This document shows, one piece after another, positions 38,345-49,928 of a stretch of 64,000 bases of DNA. How positions within the stretch are numbered: position 1 is the stretch's first letter; each line of letters begins with the position of its first letter. A program made the position numbers and the translations under genes. The notes beneath the pieces are model-generated. The model was not told the DNA's origin, ran no database searches, and saw only the letters and a program-made list of their open reading frames with translations. The stretch is from Acidobacteriota bacterium (GTDB taxonomy: Bacteria > Acidobacteriota > UBA6911 > JACQSX01): assembly GCA_036507075.1 (NCBI GenBank), contig DASXQR010000187.1:12519-76518 (forward strand). The letters are read 5' to 3'.

Positions 38345-39052
38345 ATGTCCGGCATGGACTTTCGGAGCTTGATTTCTACTTTGCTGGCGCCCAGTTTCTG
38401 CCTGTTTTGTGGCCTTCCGGTGACAGAATTCTCCCTCGGGTCGGTCTGCGCTAGCTGCTGGAACAAGTTGGAGCCGATGAGCGCGAATTGCTTTCATTGC
38501 GGACAACAGTATCCGGCAGGGGACTGTTCGCGATGCGCGCAGTGCGGCCGCCTGCCCGACGTAGACATGGCCCGCAGCTTTGGAATCTATCGCCGCGAAC
38601 TAAGTACCGTAATCCGCCAGTACAAATACCGCGCCGATCAAAGTCTGGCTCCGGGACTCTGTCGATTGCTTCGGAATACATTTGAGCGGTACTGGAAATC
38701 AGAGCAGTGGGACGTTGTGGCCACCGTCCCCACGCATTCCTCCCGACTGCGCGAACGAGGGTTCGACCATGTGCAACTACTGGCTCGGCTGTTCGCAAAA
38801 GAGACCGGGGTACCCGCAGTTTCCGCTCTGATCAAGCGAGTCCCCACCAAAACACAGGCAGGGCTGTCAGAGGTCCAGCGGCGGCGGAATGTCAGGCGAA
38901 CGTTTCAGTCCGCCCGGACATTCCCTGGCATGCGTGTCCTGCTGCTGGACGACATCCTGACAACCGGCGCTACTGTCAACGAGTGTGCGCGAATGTTGAA
39001 ACGGGCGGGGGCCTCACACGTAGGCGTGCTTACCGTTGCGCGGGCAGAATGA
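38345..39052 (+). CDS. comF: ComF family amidophosphoribosyltransferase-like protein
   Basis: N-terminal CxxC zinc motifs, RERGFD, RRRNV, LLDDILTTGAT. Confidence 0.88.
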   Translation: MSGMDFRSLISTLLAPSFCLFCGLPVTEFSLGSVCASCWNKLEPMSANCFHCGQQYPAGDCSRCAQCGRLPDVDMARSFGIYRRELSTVIRQYKYRADQSLAPGLCRLLRNTFERYWKSEQWDVVATVPTHSSRLRERGFDHVQLLARLFAKETGVPAVSALIKRVPTKTQAGLSEVQRRRNVRRTFQSARTFPGMRVLLLDDILTTGATVNECARMLKRAGASHVGVLTVARAE

Positions 39053-39057
39053 ATCGA

Positions 39058-39487
39058 TGTGGTCCGTGGTCAGCGGTCAGTTGAGGGATTGCGGGTTTTC
39101 GGGTTACGGGTTTTCGGGTTACGGGTTTTTGGGTTACGGGTTGCGGGTTACGGGTTTTTGGGTTACGGGTTTTCGGGTCACGGGTTGCGGGTTACGGGTT
39201 TACCGGTTTCGTGTTCGGGCTTAAGAATTGATGAATTCCAATATTCAAAAAGTCTCGGAATCGGCAGTCAGGCACATTGGATTTTGGATCTGCAATCTGC
39301 GAACTCAAACTCGTAACTCGTAACCCGAAAACCCGCAACTCGTAACCCGAAAACCCGTAACCCGTAACCCGAAAACCCGTAACCCGAAAACCCATAATCC
39401 GTACCCCAAAACCCGCAACCCGTAACTCGAAAACCCGTAACCCGTAAACCAGAAAACCCGTAACCCGTCAACTGACCGCGACCACGA
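39058..39487. repeat. Long inverted GGGTTAC/GGGTTTTC arrays with TGGTC outer arms
   Basis: About 115 bp of gggttac/gggttttc units left and about 160 bp of complementary units right. Confidence 0.9.
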
Positions 39488-39534
39488 CTATTGAGTTGAA
39501 ATTCGATGATCGGGTGGTATCATACAGCGCTTCA

Positions 39535-39996
39535 ATGAAGCTCGTGCTTGTCTGGGTTGGGCGTACCCACGACTCCCGACTGCAAGCCCTCCAGAGGGAT
39601 TATTTAGGGCGCCTGGAAAAGTTTACCGGCGTCGAGGCGAGGGTTGTGAGGGAATCACCGCGCCGGGAATCTTCGCTGGCTCAGGCGGAGGAAAAGCGCT
39701 GGCTGGAAGAAAAGATTCCAGCCGCTTCCATACTGGTCGCCCTTGATGAGACCGGCAGGCAATATTCCTCGCGCGAGTTTGCCAGATTTCTGGAAACATT
39801 GAGCGCTACGGGAAGACGCAGCGTTACCTTCGTCGTTGGCGGAGTTCACGGTTTGAGCCGGGAATTCACGGCGCGGGCGGATTACGTGCTTTCCTTGTCG
39901 CCAATGACATGGACGCATGAGATGACACGGGTGCTGTTGCTGGAACAACTGTATCGGGCATTTTCAATCAGTCGAGGATATCCCTACCACAAATAA
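39535..39996 (+). CDS. rlmH: 23S rRNA (pseudouridine1915-N3)-methyltransferase
   Basis: LDETG, FVVGG..G, LSPMTWTHEMTRVLLLEQLYRA, YPYHK. Confidence 0.95.
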   Translation: MKLVLVWVGRTHDSRLQALQRDYLGRLEKFTGVEARVVRESPRRESSLAQAEEKRWLEEKIPAASILVALDETGRQYSSREFARFLETLSATGRRSVTFVVGGVHGLSREFTARADYVLSLSPMTWTHEMTRVLLLEQLYRAFSISRGYPYHK

Positions 39997-40061
39997 AGGC
40001 AGCCTGACGCGTCGCCGTATCCATGGATGACGGTCCTGGCCGCCGCTGCGAATGAAAACTG

Positions 40062-40436
40062 ATGTCTATGGATGCACGGAAGCTAAAAAAATTCAGAGAT
40101 AAGCTGGAAGAAAAAAAAGAAAGCCTGGTAGATGCCGTTCAGCGAAATGAAGCCTATGGACGCGAGGCCAATGTGGAAGTCGAAACGATGGACACGGGAG
40201 ACAAAGCTTCCAGTTCCTATACAAAGGAATTCATGTTCAGCCGGTCCAACACCGACCGCCAAGTGCTCAAGCTGATTCAGGATGCCATGGAAAGAATGGA
40301 AGAAGGCACCTACGGTGATTGCGTTAACTGCGGAAAGCCCGTGGAGCCTAAACGTCTGGAAGCCGTTCCCTGGACGCCTTACTGCATTGCCTGCCAGGAA
40401 CTGGAAGAACGAGGTCTTCTTTCCGGCGAGGCCTGA
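40062..40436 (+). CDS. TraR/DksA family transcriptional regulator
   Basis: DTGD coiled-coil tip, GTYGDCVNCG..V...RLEAVPW..YCIACQE zinc finger. Confidence 0.9.
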   Translation: MSMDARKLKKFRDKLEEKKESLVDAVQRNEAYGREANVEVETMDTGDKASSSYTKEFMFSRSNTDRQVLKLIQDAMERMEEGTYGDCVNCGKPVEPKRLEAVPWTPYCIACQELEERGLLSGEA

Positions 40437-40460
40437 GATTTTCACCACAAACCCAGGCCG

Positions 40461-40672
40461 TGAATGCGGAAGGCGGAATTTGGAATGCGGAATGCGGAAT
40501 AAAAAGCTATCAGTGGTCCGTTGTCAGTGATAGTCAGTGATGTGTTATCAATTAGCAGCTAGCAGTTAGTTGTCGTGATCGATATTCCGTTCTCGGACAA
40601 CAACGAACAATGGGCCACTGGCAACTGACAGCTTTTTATTCCGCATTCCGCATTCGGCATTCCGCATTCACG
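40461..40672. repeat. CGGAATG heptamer element with nested TGTCAG/GACAAC arrays
   Basis: tgaatgcggaa...gcggaataaaaagct / agctttttattccgcattccgc...cattca. Confidence 0.85.
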
Positions 40673-40676
40673 GCCA

Positions 40677-41030
40677 TCAGCCGCCCGCCGACATACGCAC
40701 CCGCTTTCCGTCACTCCAAAGCTTTTCCAGATTGTAAAAGCTCCGGTGCGCGGGAACAAAAACGTGAACCAGAAAGTGGGTGTAGTCAATCAGAATCCAC
40801 TCTCCCTTCTGGTAACCTTCGACGTGGTCGGCTCTAAGACCATTCTCCTTGAGCCGTTCCACCACCGCGTCCGCCATTGCCTGCGTCTGGCGTGTATTCT
40901 GGCCGCTGGCGATCAGGAAATAGTCGGCAAAACTTGAGACTGCCGACACGTCCAGCAGGACCAGGTCCTGACCCTTTTTATCTTCCAACGCCTGCCACGC
41001 GGTTTTCAGGTCTTCCTTAACGTCTCTCAT
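40677..41030 (-). CDS. rsfS: Ribosome silencing factor
   Basis: DKKGQD, ADYFLIASG, WILIDY, VHVF, FYNLEKLW. Confidence 0.95.
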   Translation of the reverse strand: MRDVKEDLKTAWQALEDKKGQDLVLLDVSAVSSFADYFLIASGQNTRQTQAMADAVVERLKENGLRADHVEGYQKGEWILIDYTHFLVHVFVPAHRSFYNLEKLWSDGKRVRMSAGG

Positions 41031-41658
41031 AAAGTCTTTGCTTCTCGATGTACTGATAGACTTTCGCCGGTATCCACTTTTTCATTTTACGCGCGCCGCA
41101 AAGGCGAATCTCCGTGGAGGATACGTCCGGAGCATGCACATCGATCAGAAAACTGCCCTTTTCCCATGGCGCATCCTTTACGTTGTAGGCCCTGACATAT
41201 GGCAGAACTGAAGGGTGAATCTTCACTGGCAGGCTTGCGCGGCGCCCTTCGCGCCTTTGCACAAAGATCACGTGAAACTCGCGCAGTATGTCTTCGTACT
41301 TGTGCCAACTGGGAAAGTCGCGCAGCGCATCGCCTCCGGCGATGAAATAAATCCGAATTCTCGACGGAGACTGCCGCTTGAGCGCACGCAGGGTATCGAT
41401 GGTATAGCCGGACCCGGTCCGGAGCTCAAAGTCGCAGAGACGGAAACGCCCCTGATCCTGAATCGCAAGCGCCACCATGCTGCATCGATGCCATTCGGGA
41501 GAGATCTTATTGCGGCGCTTGTGCGGCGGCGTGCGGGCCACCAGGAACCAAACTTCGTTCAGCCGGAAAAGACGTCGCACCTCGCGCGCGATGTGCAGAT
41601 GCCCTTTGTGAATGGGATCGAAGGTGCCACCCAGGATTCCGACGCGCAATTTTTTCAA
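41017..41658 (-). CDS. nadD: Nicotinate-nucleotide adenylyltransferase
   Basis: [27 protein letters not shown]. Confidence 0.94.
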   Translation of the reverse strand: MKKLRVGILGGTFDPIHKGHLHIAREVRRLFRLNEVWFLVARTPPHKRRNKISPEWHRCSMVALAIQDQGRFRLCDFELRTGSGYTIDTLRALKRQSPSRIRIYFIAGGDALRDFPSWHKYEDILREFHVIFVQRREGRRASLPVKIHPSVLPYVRAYNVKDAPWEKGSFLIDVHAPDVSSTEIRLCGARKMKKWIPAKVYQYIEKQRLYERR

Positions 41659-42662
41659 GCAACCTGCTGTAGTCTCAAGGCAAGCAAGTCGACCAGCTCT
41701 TTGATTCCCTCGCGTGTGGCAGCGGAGATCGCGACAAAATCGAGCCCCCTCCTTCGCGCCAGAGCTTCGACCGCCCGCAGACGCTCCTTATTTTGCAGAA
41801 TATCTATTTTACTGGCCACGAGAATCTGTGGTTTTTCCGCCAGCAAGGGATTGAAGAGCCCGAGTTCCCGCTGGATAACATCGTAATCCTTGAGCGGATC
41901 ACGCCCCGAATGTTCGGAGACGTCAATCAGATGCGCCAGCAGCTTGGTCCGCTCCACATGGCGGAGAAAACGGTCGCCCAGTCCCGTTCCGCCGTGTGCG
42001 CCCTCGATCAGACCGGGAATATCGGCTACTACAATATGCTGATCATCGCTGTATTCGACCACTCCCAGATGTGGCGTTAAAGTAGTAAACGGATAATCCG
42101 CGATCTTGGGGCGCGCGGCCGAAATTACCGAGATGAGCGTGGATTTTCCAACATTGGGAAACCCGATAAGGCCCACGTCCGCCAACAGCTTCAGTTCCAG
42201 GCGCAGGGTCTTTTCTTCGCCCGGCAGGCCGTCTTCAGCTCGCTTGGGAGCCTGATTGGTAGACGACTTAAACGCAGCATTCCCTCGGCCTCCTTTACCG
42301 CCGCGAGCGACCAGAACTTTTTCAAATGGCTTCTGAAAATCATAAAGCAGGCGCCTGTCGTTGTCCTGCTCCTCGAACACCTGCGTTCCCACGGGCACTT
42401 CAATGACCAGGTCCCACCCGTCTCTGCCATGGCAGTCACTACCCATGCCATGCTGACCACGCTCGGCCACGAAATGCTGGTTGTAACGAAACTGCAACAA
42501 TGTATTTAGCTGCGGATTGCCGGCAAAGTAAACATCTCCTCCCTTGCCGCCATCCCCGCCGCTGGGGCCGCCGCGCGGGACAAACTTCTCCCTGCGGAAG
42601 GCAATGCAGCCCCTGCCTCCGGCGCCGGCCTTCACATAGATCTTTGCGGTGTCAATGAACAC
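41655..42662 (-). CDS. obgE: GTPase ObgE
   Basis: [35 protein letters not shown]. Confidence 0.97.
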   Translation of the reverse strand: MFIDTAKIYVKAGAGGRGCIAFRREKFVPRGGPSGGDGGKGGDVYFAGNPQLNTLLQFRYNQHFVAERGQHGMGSDCHGRDGWDLVIEVPVGTQVFEEQDNDRRLLYDFQKPFEKVLVARGGKGGRGNAAFKSSTNQAPKRAEDGLPGEEKTLRLELKLLADVGLIGFPNVGKSTLISVISAARPKIADYPFTTLTPHLGVVEYSDDQHIVVADIPGLIEGAHGGTGLGDRFLRHVERTKLLAHLIDVSEHSGRDPLKDYDVIQRELGLFNPLLAEKPQILVASKIDILQNKERLRAVEALARRRGLDFVAISAATREGIKELVDLLALRLQQVA

Positions 42663-42728
42663 AGTGTCAGCGGGTGGTCATGAGCCACAGTCATCGGCCA
42701 TTGAATAATGCAGTATGACTGACGTCGC

Positions 42729-42839
42729 AAATGCGGAATTCGGGAATGCGGAATGCGGAATAAAAAGAGGTCGATTGCTCTCGGCTTCCGAGATTAAACG
42801 TCGACATACTCCGCATTCCGCATTCCGAATTCCGCAATT
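42729..42839. repeat. Inverted CGGAATG heptamer element
   Basis: aatgcggaattcgggaatgcggaatgcggaata / tactccgcattccgcattccgaattccgca. Confidence 0.88.
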
Positions 42840-42862
42840 TGGTGGTGGAACGCAGGGTGAGC

Positions 42863-43129
42863 TTACTGAGCGGAAGGTGTTGTCTGGATATGGACCACTC
42901 TGCCGCGACGGCCACGATTCTGGAATTTGACAACCCCATCTATTCTGGCAAACAGCGTGTCATCCCTGCCCACACCGACATTCAGACCGGCCTTGATTGG
43001 AGTGCCGCGTTGGCGAACGAGGATCGACCCGCCTGTCACAAACTGGCCGTCAAAACGCTTCACACCGAGACGCTTCGACTGGCTGTCCCGTCCATTTCTT
43101 GAACTTCCTACACCCTTCTTATGAGCCAT
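42863..43129 (-). CDS. rpmA: 50S ribosomal protein L27
   Basis: [30 protein letters not shown]. Confidence 0.98.
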   Translation of the reverse strand: MAHKKGVGSSRNGRDSQSKRLGVKRFDGQFVTGGSILVRQRGTPIKAGLNVGVGRDDTLFARIDGVVKFQNRGRRGRVVHIQTTPSAQ

Positions 43130-43138
43130 GATCCCTGG

Positions 43139-43732
43139 TTACCTCTTTTTCTTTTTCGAATCTGAAGCCTTTGCAGATTTCGACTTCGGAGCCGCTTTTT
43201 TCTTGCCTGAGGCAGTCTCAGGTTTTCTAGCACCGGCCGATTTCCTGCGCGAAACCGCCGCCCGCGGCGCGGGTTTCTTGGCAGGGGCTGCTTTTCGGGC
43301 CGCCTTGGCCTCTTTTGGTGGAACGACACCCGGCTTTTCCGCGGCTCCTTCCGCCGGCTTACGCGGTCCGGGACCGGGAGTGAGCGGAGGCCTTTCTTCA
43401 GGCGTCCTCTTTCGCTCGGTGTACAGACCCATTTCGTCGATCCGTACCCTCATCAGATACTGGCGATGCCCGCGAGTGCGGCGATACTGTTTGCGCCTCT
43501 TCTTCTTAAAGACGAGGACCTTTGACGAACGAATGACGTCCAGCACTGTGGCAAAAACATTCGCTCTCGCCACCAACGGGGTGCCGACATTGAGGTTGTC
43601 AGTGTCCGAAAACAACAAAACGTCGGCGAAAGTGATGCTGTCTCCGGGCTTGGCCTTCTGCGTTTCCATCTGGATGATGGCGCCTTCGGAAACTCTCAAC
43701 TGTTTCCCTCCGGCACGAATCACTGCGTACAC
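43139..43732 (-). CDS. rplU: 50S ribosomal protein L21 with long basic C-terminal tail
   Basis: MYAVIRAGGKQ, FKKKRRKQYRRTRGHRQ; about 90 extra K/A/P-rich residues. Confidence 0.95.
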   Translation of the reverse strand: MYAVIRAGGKQLRVSEGAIIQMETQKAKPGDSITFADVLLFSDTDNLNVGTPLVARANVFATVLDVIRSSKVLVFKKKRRKQYRRTRGHRQYLMRVRIDEMGLYTERKRTPEERPPLTPGPGPRKPAEGAAEKPGVVPPKEAKAARKAAPAKKPAPRAAVSRRKSAGARKPETASGKKKAAPKSKSAKASDSKKKKR

Positions 43733-43850
43733 GACGTTTCCTCCGCCTCACAAAAATAACCATTATACGAGTTGTGATTAGCCGAAGGCAATAATGGAGT
43801 GGATGAACATTCGCGTCAAGCCACGCGTCCCCACCGGCCCAAAGGCCGGT

Positions 43851-43904
43851 GGAGGTGAGGCGCACCTGTGCTGCGCCGAGGCGCCCATGTCAGGCCGCCC
43901 CTAC
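43851..43904. repeat. Degenerate REP-like doublet
   Basis: Minus strand GTAGGGGCGGCCTGACATGGGCGCC (5' GTAG plus GC hairpin) facing ggaggtgaggcgcacctgtgctgcgcc. Confidence 0.5.
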
Positions 43905-43908
43905 GGAT

Positions 43909-45969
<2,061 letters not shown>

Positions 45970-46040
45970 TCTCAATAATTGTTCACTCTACAGGAGAATT
46001 CGAGAGCGGGGACCATGCGCCAACGACACCCTGGCGCATT

Positions 46041-46149
46041 GTCCCACTCTCCCGCTCTCCCACTCTCCCGCTCTCCCACTCTCCCGCTCTCCCGCTCCCC
46101 CACTCCCCCACTCCCCCACTCCTCCACTCCTCCGCTCTCCCACTCTCCC
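46041..46149. repeat. One-sided pyrimidine-rich octamer array (CTCTCCCR)n
   Basis: About 13 tandem units with no full complementary array nearby. Confidence 0.85.
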
Positions 46150-46220
46150 AATTGAACAATGCCATTCTATCCTGCTTCCATTTGACAGGCCGATAAGGTT
46201 TCCCGTAGGTTGAATTTGAA

Positions 46221-47168
46221 ATGCACGAAGTGACCAGGCTTTTTCAGACGCACGGATTGGTCATCCTGTTCCTTGCGGTCTGGTTGGAAAACATGGGAGT
46301 GCCGCTTCCCAGCTTTCCATTTTTGCTGGGCGCCGGTCTGCTTGCTCACTCCGGTCATAGTTCTCTGCTCTCCGCCGTTTTGACGGCTGCAGCAGCCGCT
46401 CTGATTGCAGACACGGTCTGGTATTACCTGGGGCGCGCCGTGGGACGACGCATTCTGGCATGGATCTGCTTTATTTCCTTGAATCCGGAGAGCTGTGTAA
46501 ATAAGACCGAATCGGCATTCTTGCGCCACGGCCTCCGTTCTTTGCTGGTGGCAAAGTATGTTCCCGGTTTGAACACCATTGCTCCACCCCTTTGCGGGCT
46601 GCTCCACGTCCCGATTGCCAGATTCCTCTTCTACGACTTTGCTGGTTGTATTTTCTGGGCGACGCCCTTTATCGTCGCAGGTTTCTTATTCTCAAAACAG
46701 TTGGAGGCACTGGTCGGTTACCTTGAGCGCTTTGGGAATTTTGCGCTGCTCGTGATTGCTTTGCTGGTTGTCGCGTTTATCGGTTACAAGCTGCATGAGC
46801 GCAGGAAGTTTTACCGGCATCTTCGCTCGGTGCGAATCAAGCCCGAAGAACTGCATCAAAGAATGCAGAGCGGCGAGCCGGTGACCGTAGTAGACCTGCG
46901 AAGCCCGCTGGCATACTCGACTGACCGATTCTCAATTCCCGGTTCCGTCCGCATTTCTCCCGAGGAACTGGAGCGCCGTGCTTCCGAACTGCCGATCGGC
47001 AGCGAGCTGGTCCTGTATTGCACCTGACCAAGTGAAGCGACCAGCGCCAGGATGGCGCGGCGGCTGATGGACAGCGGCGTGCTGCATGTTCGGCCTTTGC
47101 TGGGAGGCTTGGACGCGTGGATTGAAGGAGGTTTTCCGGTGGAGGAGAAGTTGGTGGAGATTCCCTAG
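46221..47168 (+). CDS. DedA/VTT membrane protein fused to rhodanese domain, probable selenoprotein (UGA 47025-47027 = Sec)
   Basis: DedA motifs (GVPLP, AKYVPG); after YCT-TGA the frame continues PSEATSARMARRLMDSGVLHVRPLLGGLDAWIEGGFPVE to TAG 47166-47168. Confidence 0.85.
47036..47066 (+). promoter_or_regulatory. Candidate bacterial SECIS element
   Basis: GCGCCA-GGA-TGGCGC stem-loop (47044-47058), loop 22 nt 3' of the in-frame UGA and starting with G. Confidence 0.65.
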
Positions 47169-47171
47169 ATT

Positions 47172-47524
47172 TGGTCCGTTGTCCGTTGTCCGTGGTCAAT
47201 TGTCAGTTAACGAGTTGCGGGTTTCGGGTCTTCGGTTGTGGATTTCGGGTTTCGGGTTTTCGGGTTGCGGGTTTCGGGTTTCGAGTTGCCGCATTGCCGA
47301 TTTTGCGTCGCCGGGTTGCGGGTTTGGAGTTGCCAAGTTACGGGTTAGAGTTTTTCGGGTTGCGCGGTTTGTTGTTGAAGTCATTAGAAATTCAACTTGT
47401 CAGCTCATTATTTTGAGACTTAATGGGTTTTAAGCTTTCAATGAATCCACGAATCTATCTTCTGAGCTGCAACTTGGAACGCGAAACCCGGCAACTCGAA
47501 ACCCGTAACACGAAAACCCGAAAC
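47172..47524. repeat. Inverted GGGTTTC/GGGTTGC arrays with TTGTCCG lead-in
   Basis: G/T-rich heptamer units left, gaaaccc units right, between convergent genes. Confidence 0.8.
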
Positions 47525-48424
47525 CTATTTTGCTTTGGGATGCGCTTTTCGATAGACGGAGCGAAGCTCTTCGATCGAAACATGCGTGTACTTCTGCGTC
47601 GTCGAAAGACTTTCATGCCCAAGCAGTTCCTGTATCACGCGCAGGTCCGCTCCTGCGTTCAGAAGATGCGTGGCAAAGGAATGGCGCAGCACATGGGGCG
47701 AGATCTTAAGCTTCAGAGAAGCTTCGAGAATGTACTTATCCACCAGCCGCCCGACCGATCTGGGAGTCAACCGGGTCCCGGTTCTGTTTAAGAACAGTGC
47801 GTCCGGAAGCAGCCGTCCCGGCGCAATTCGATTTCTGGCTTTCCAGTAACCGCGAAGCGCCGACTCCGCCTTGGTTCCGAAAGGGATGATTCTTTCCTTT
47901 CGCCCTTTCCCGACCACCCTGACAAACCGTTCGTCAAGCTGAACATCATCTTTTCTCAGGCCGGTAAGTTCGGACACTCGCATCCCTGTCGCATAGAGCA
48001 GCTCAAGAATGGCGCGATCCCTGAGGCCGAATGTCGAACCGGCATCGGGCGTGGTGACAAGAGTCTCCACTTCTGAAAGCTGCAACACGCGTGGAATCCG
48101 TTTTTCTTTGCGAGGCGAAGCGACCAGCTTGGCAGGGTTTGATTGAACGTAACCTTCCTGGTGCAGGAACTTGAAAAAGGAGCGAAGCGTCGCCACCTTC
48201 CTGCCGGCAGTCGACTTCTTCTGATTCCGATCGTGCAGAATTCCCAAAAAAGCGCGGATTGCGATATGGTCGATCCGGCCAGGATCAATGTTCTGCACCT
48301 TCCATTCTGAACACAGGAACTCCTGAAACTGATTCAGGTCACTTCGGTAAGCGCGCAGCGTCTCCGGCGAACAGCCCTTTTCGCCCTCCAGATACTTAAG
48401 AAAGAGCCGCGTTAAAGCACGCAT
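47525..48424 (-). CDS. xerC: Tyrosine recombinase XerC
   Basis: RDRAILELLYATGMRVSEL, GKGRKER, PHVLRHSFATHLL, LLGHESLSTTQKYTH; downstream of trmFO. Confidence 0.92.
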   Translation of the reverse strand: MRALTRLFLKYLEGEKGCSPETLRAYRSDLNQFQEFLCSEWKVQNIDPGRIDHIAIRAFLGILHDRNQKKSTAGRKVATLRSFFKFLHQEGYVQSNPAKLVASPRKEKRIPRVLQLSEVETLVTTPDAGSTFGLRDRAILELLYATGMRVSELTGLRKDDVQLDERFVRVVGKGRKERIIPFGTKAESALRGYWKARNRIAPGRLLPDALFLNRTGTRLTPRSVGRLVDKYILEASLKLKISPHVLRHSFATHLLNAGADLRVIQELLGHESLSTTQKYTHVSIEELRSVYRKAHPKAK

Positions 48425-48443
48425 CGCGAATCATCGCCACCTG

Positions 48444-48503
48444 AAAAAGGGGGACAAAAAGGGGGACAGACCCCATTTAAACCACCAAGACACCAAGACA
48501 CTA
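48444..48503. repeat. Repeat remnants (GGGGACAGACCCC plus solo ACCACCAAG arm)
   Basis: aaaaagggggac x2, ggggacagacccc hairpin, accaccaagacaccaagacactaa. Confidence 0.6.
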
Positions 48504-49928
48504 AACTGCTCTTTCCAGTAGTTGCAGAAAATTGAGCATCGCTTCGCGGGCGGCCTGGATTTGGCGGGCTCTTCTAGTTTCACGTGTGCCCCGCATCGGC
48601 GCTGCCGGCAGCAGCCCGAAATTGATGTTCATCGGCTGGAAGTTTTCCGGGTCGGCCTCGCTGATGTAGTGCAGCAGGCTCCCTATGGCCGAGCACCGTG
48701 GAAAATCAAGCGGTCCTTTTCCCGCCAGCGACCGCAAGGCGTTCCAGCCGGCCACCAGGCCGGCAGCGATTGACTCGACGTAACCTTCGACGCCGCAAAT
48801 CTGGCCGGCAAAGTAGATATGAGGCCGCTTCTTCAGTTGCAGGCTTCGCGTCAACAGGCGCGGAGCATTGATGAAAGTGTTGCGGTGAATCTGGCCGAGC
48901 CGGATGAACTCGGCATTTTCAAGCCCGGGGATCAACCGGAATATCCGCTGCTGTTCGCCGTATTTCAGGTGATTCTGGAATCCCACCAGGTTAAACGCGT
49001 CTGCCAACAGATTCTCCTGACGAAGCTGCACTACCGCATAAGGAATCTGTCCGCTGCGCGGATCACGCAGACCGACGGGTCGCATCGGACCGAAACGCAG
49101 CGTGTCGACGCCGCGCCGGGCAAGTTCCTCGATCGGCAGGCATGCCTCAAAGTACATTGATTTCTCAAATTCCTTGATGGGAACCGACTCGGCATGGATC
49201 AGCGCCTGGTAAAAACGAAGGTACTGCTCACAGCTCATCGGGCAGTTGACATAGTCGCCATCCTCGGTCGATGCAACGGCGTCCTCGCTTGACCGCGTGC
49301 GCGCCGTTGGTGCTCTCTGCGACTGTTTCGGACTCACGGCAGCCATGTCCGCCTTTTGGGGGCCCTGCCCGGACACCCGCTTTCCGTAGCGTGAGAGACA
49401 AAATACCTGGTCCCAATCAATCGAGTCGGCTTCCACAATCGGACTGATCGCGTCGTAAAAGTAGAGCGCATTCTCAGCCGTGATTTCCCGGATATATGCC
49501 GCCAGCGCGGGCGAAGTAAGCGGGCCAGTGGCAATGACCGCGGTCTGAGTGTCGGCAATTTCCGATATTTCGCGGCGCTCGACGACAATGCGCGGGTGCT
49601 GTTCCAGTTTTTCGGTGATCCGGGCGCTGAACCTTTCGCGATCCACCGCCAGCGCGGCGCCCGCAGGAACACGCGTCTGGTCGGCGATTGAAATCAGGAG
49701 TGAACCACACTGGCGCAGTTCCCATTTGAGCTGGTGGGGAGCACTGCCGTCGATATCGGACTTAAAGGAGTTGCTGCAGACCAGTTCGCCGAGGCCTGAG
49801 GTCTGGTGAGCGGGAGTCGGAACGCCGGGCCGCATTTCAAAGAGGCGCGCCCGGCCTCCATGCTCGGCGATCTGCCAGACGGCTTCCGATCCGGCAAGTC
49901 CTCCGCCAATCACCCAGATTTCGTGCAT
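48501..49928 (-). CDS. trmFO: FADH2-dependent tRNA (uracil-5-)-methyltransferase
   Basis: GGGLAGSEA, ELVCSNS, FYDAISP, FGPMRPVGL, VGFQ, HRNTF, GVEGY. Confidence 0.95.
   Translation of the reverse strand: MHEIWVIGGGLAGSEAVWQIAEHGGRARLFEMRPGVPTPAHQTSGLGELVCSNSFKSDIDGSAPHQLKWELRQCGSLLISIADQTRVPAGAALAVDRERFSARITEKLEQHPRIVVERREISEIADTQTAVIATGPLTSPALAAYIREITAENALYFYDAISPIVEADSIDWDQVFCLSRYGKRVSGQGPQKADMAAVSPKQSQRAPTARTRSSEDAVASTEDGDYVNCPMSCEQYLRFYQALIHAESVPIKEFEKSMYFEACLPIEELARRGVDTLRFGPMRPVGLRDPRSGQIPYAVVQLRQENLLADAFNLVGFQNHLKYGEQQRIFRLIPGLENAEFIRLGQIHRNTFINAPRLLTRSLQLKKRPHIYFAGQICGVEGYVESIAAGLVAGWNALRSLAGKGPLDFPRCSAIGSLLHYISEADPENFQPMNINFGLLPAAPMRGTRETRRARQIQAAREAMLNFLQLLERAV

Noticed and set aside
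47525..48424. Integrase marking a genomic island or mobilising the repeats
   Set aside because: Size, motifs and the trmFO-xerC context fit housekeeping XerC; no att sites or cargo seen.
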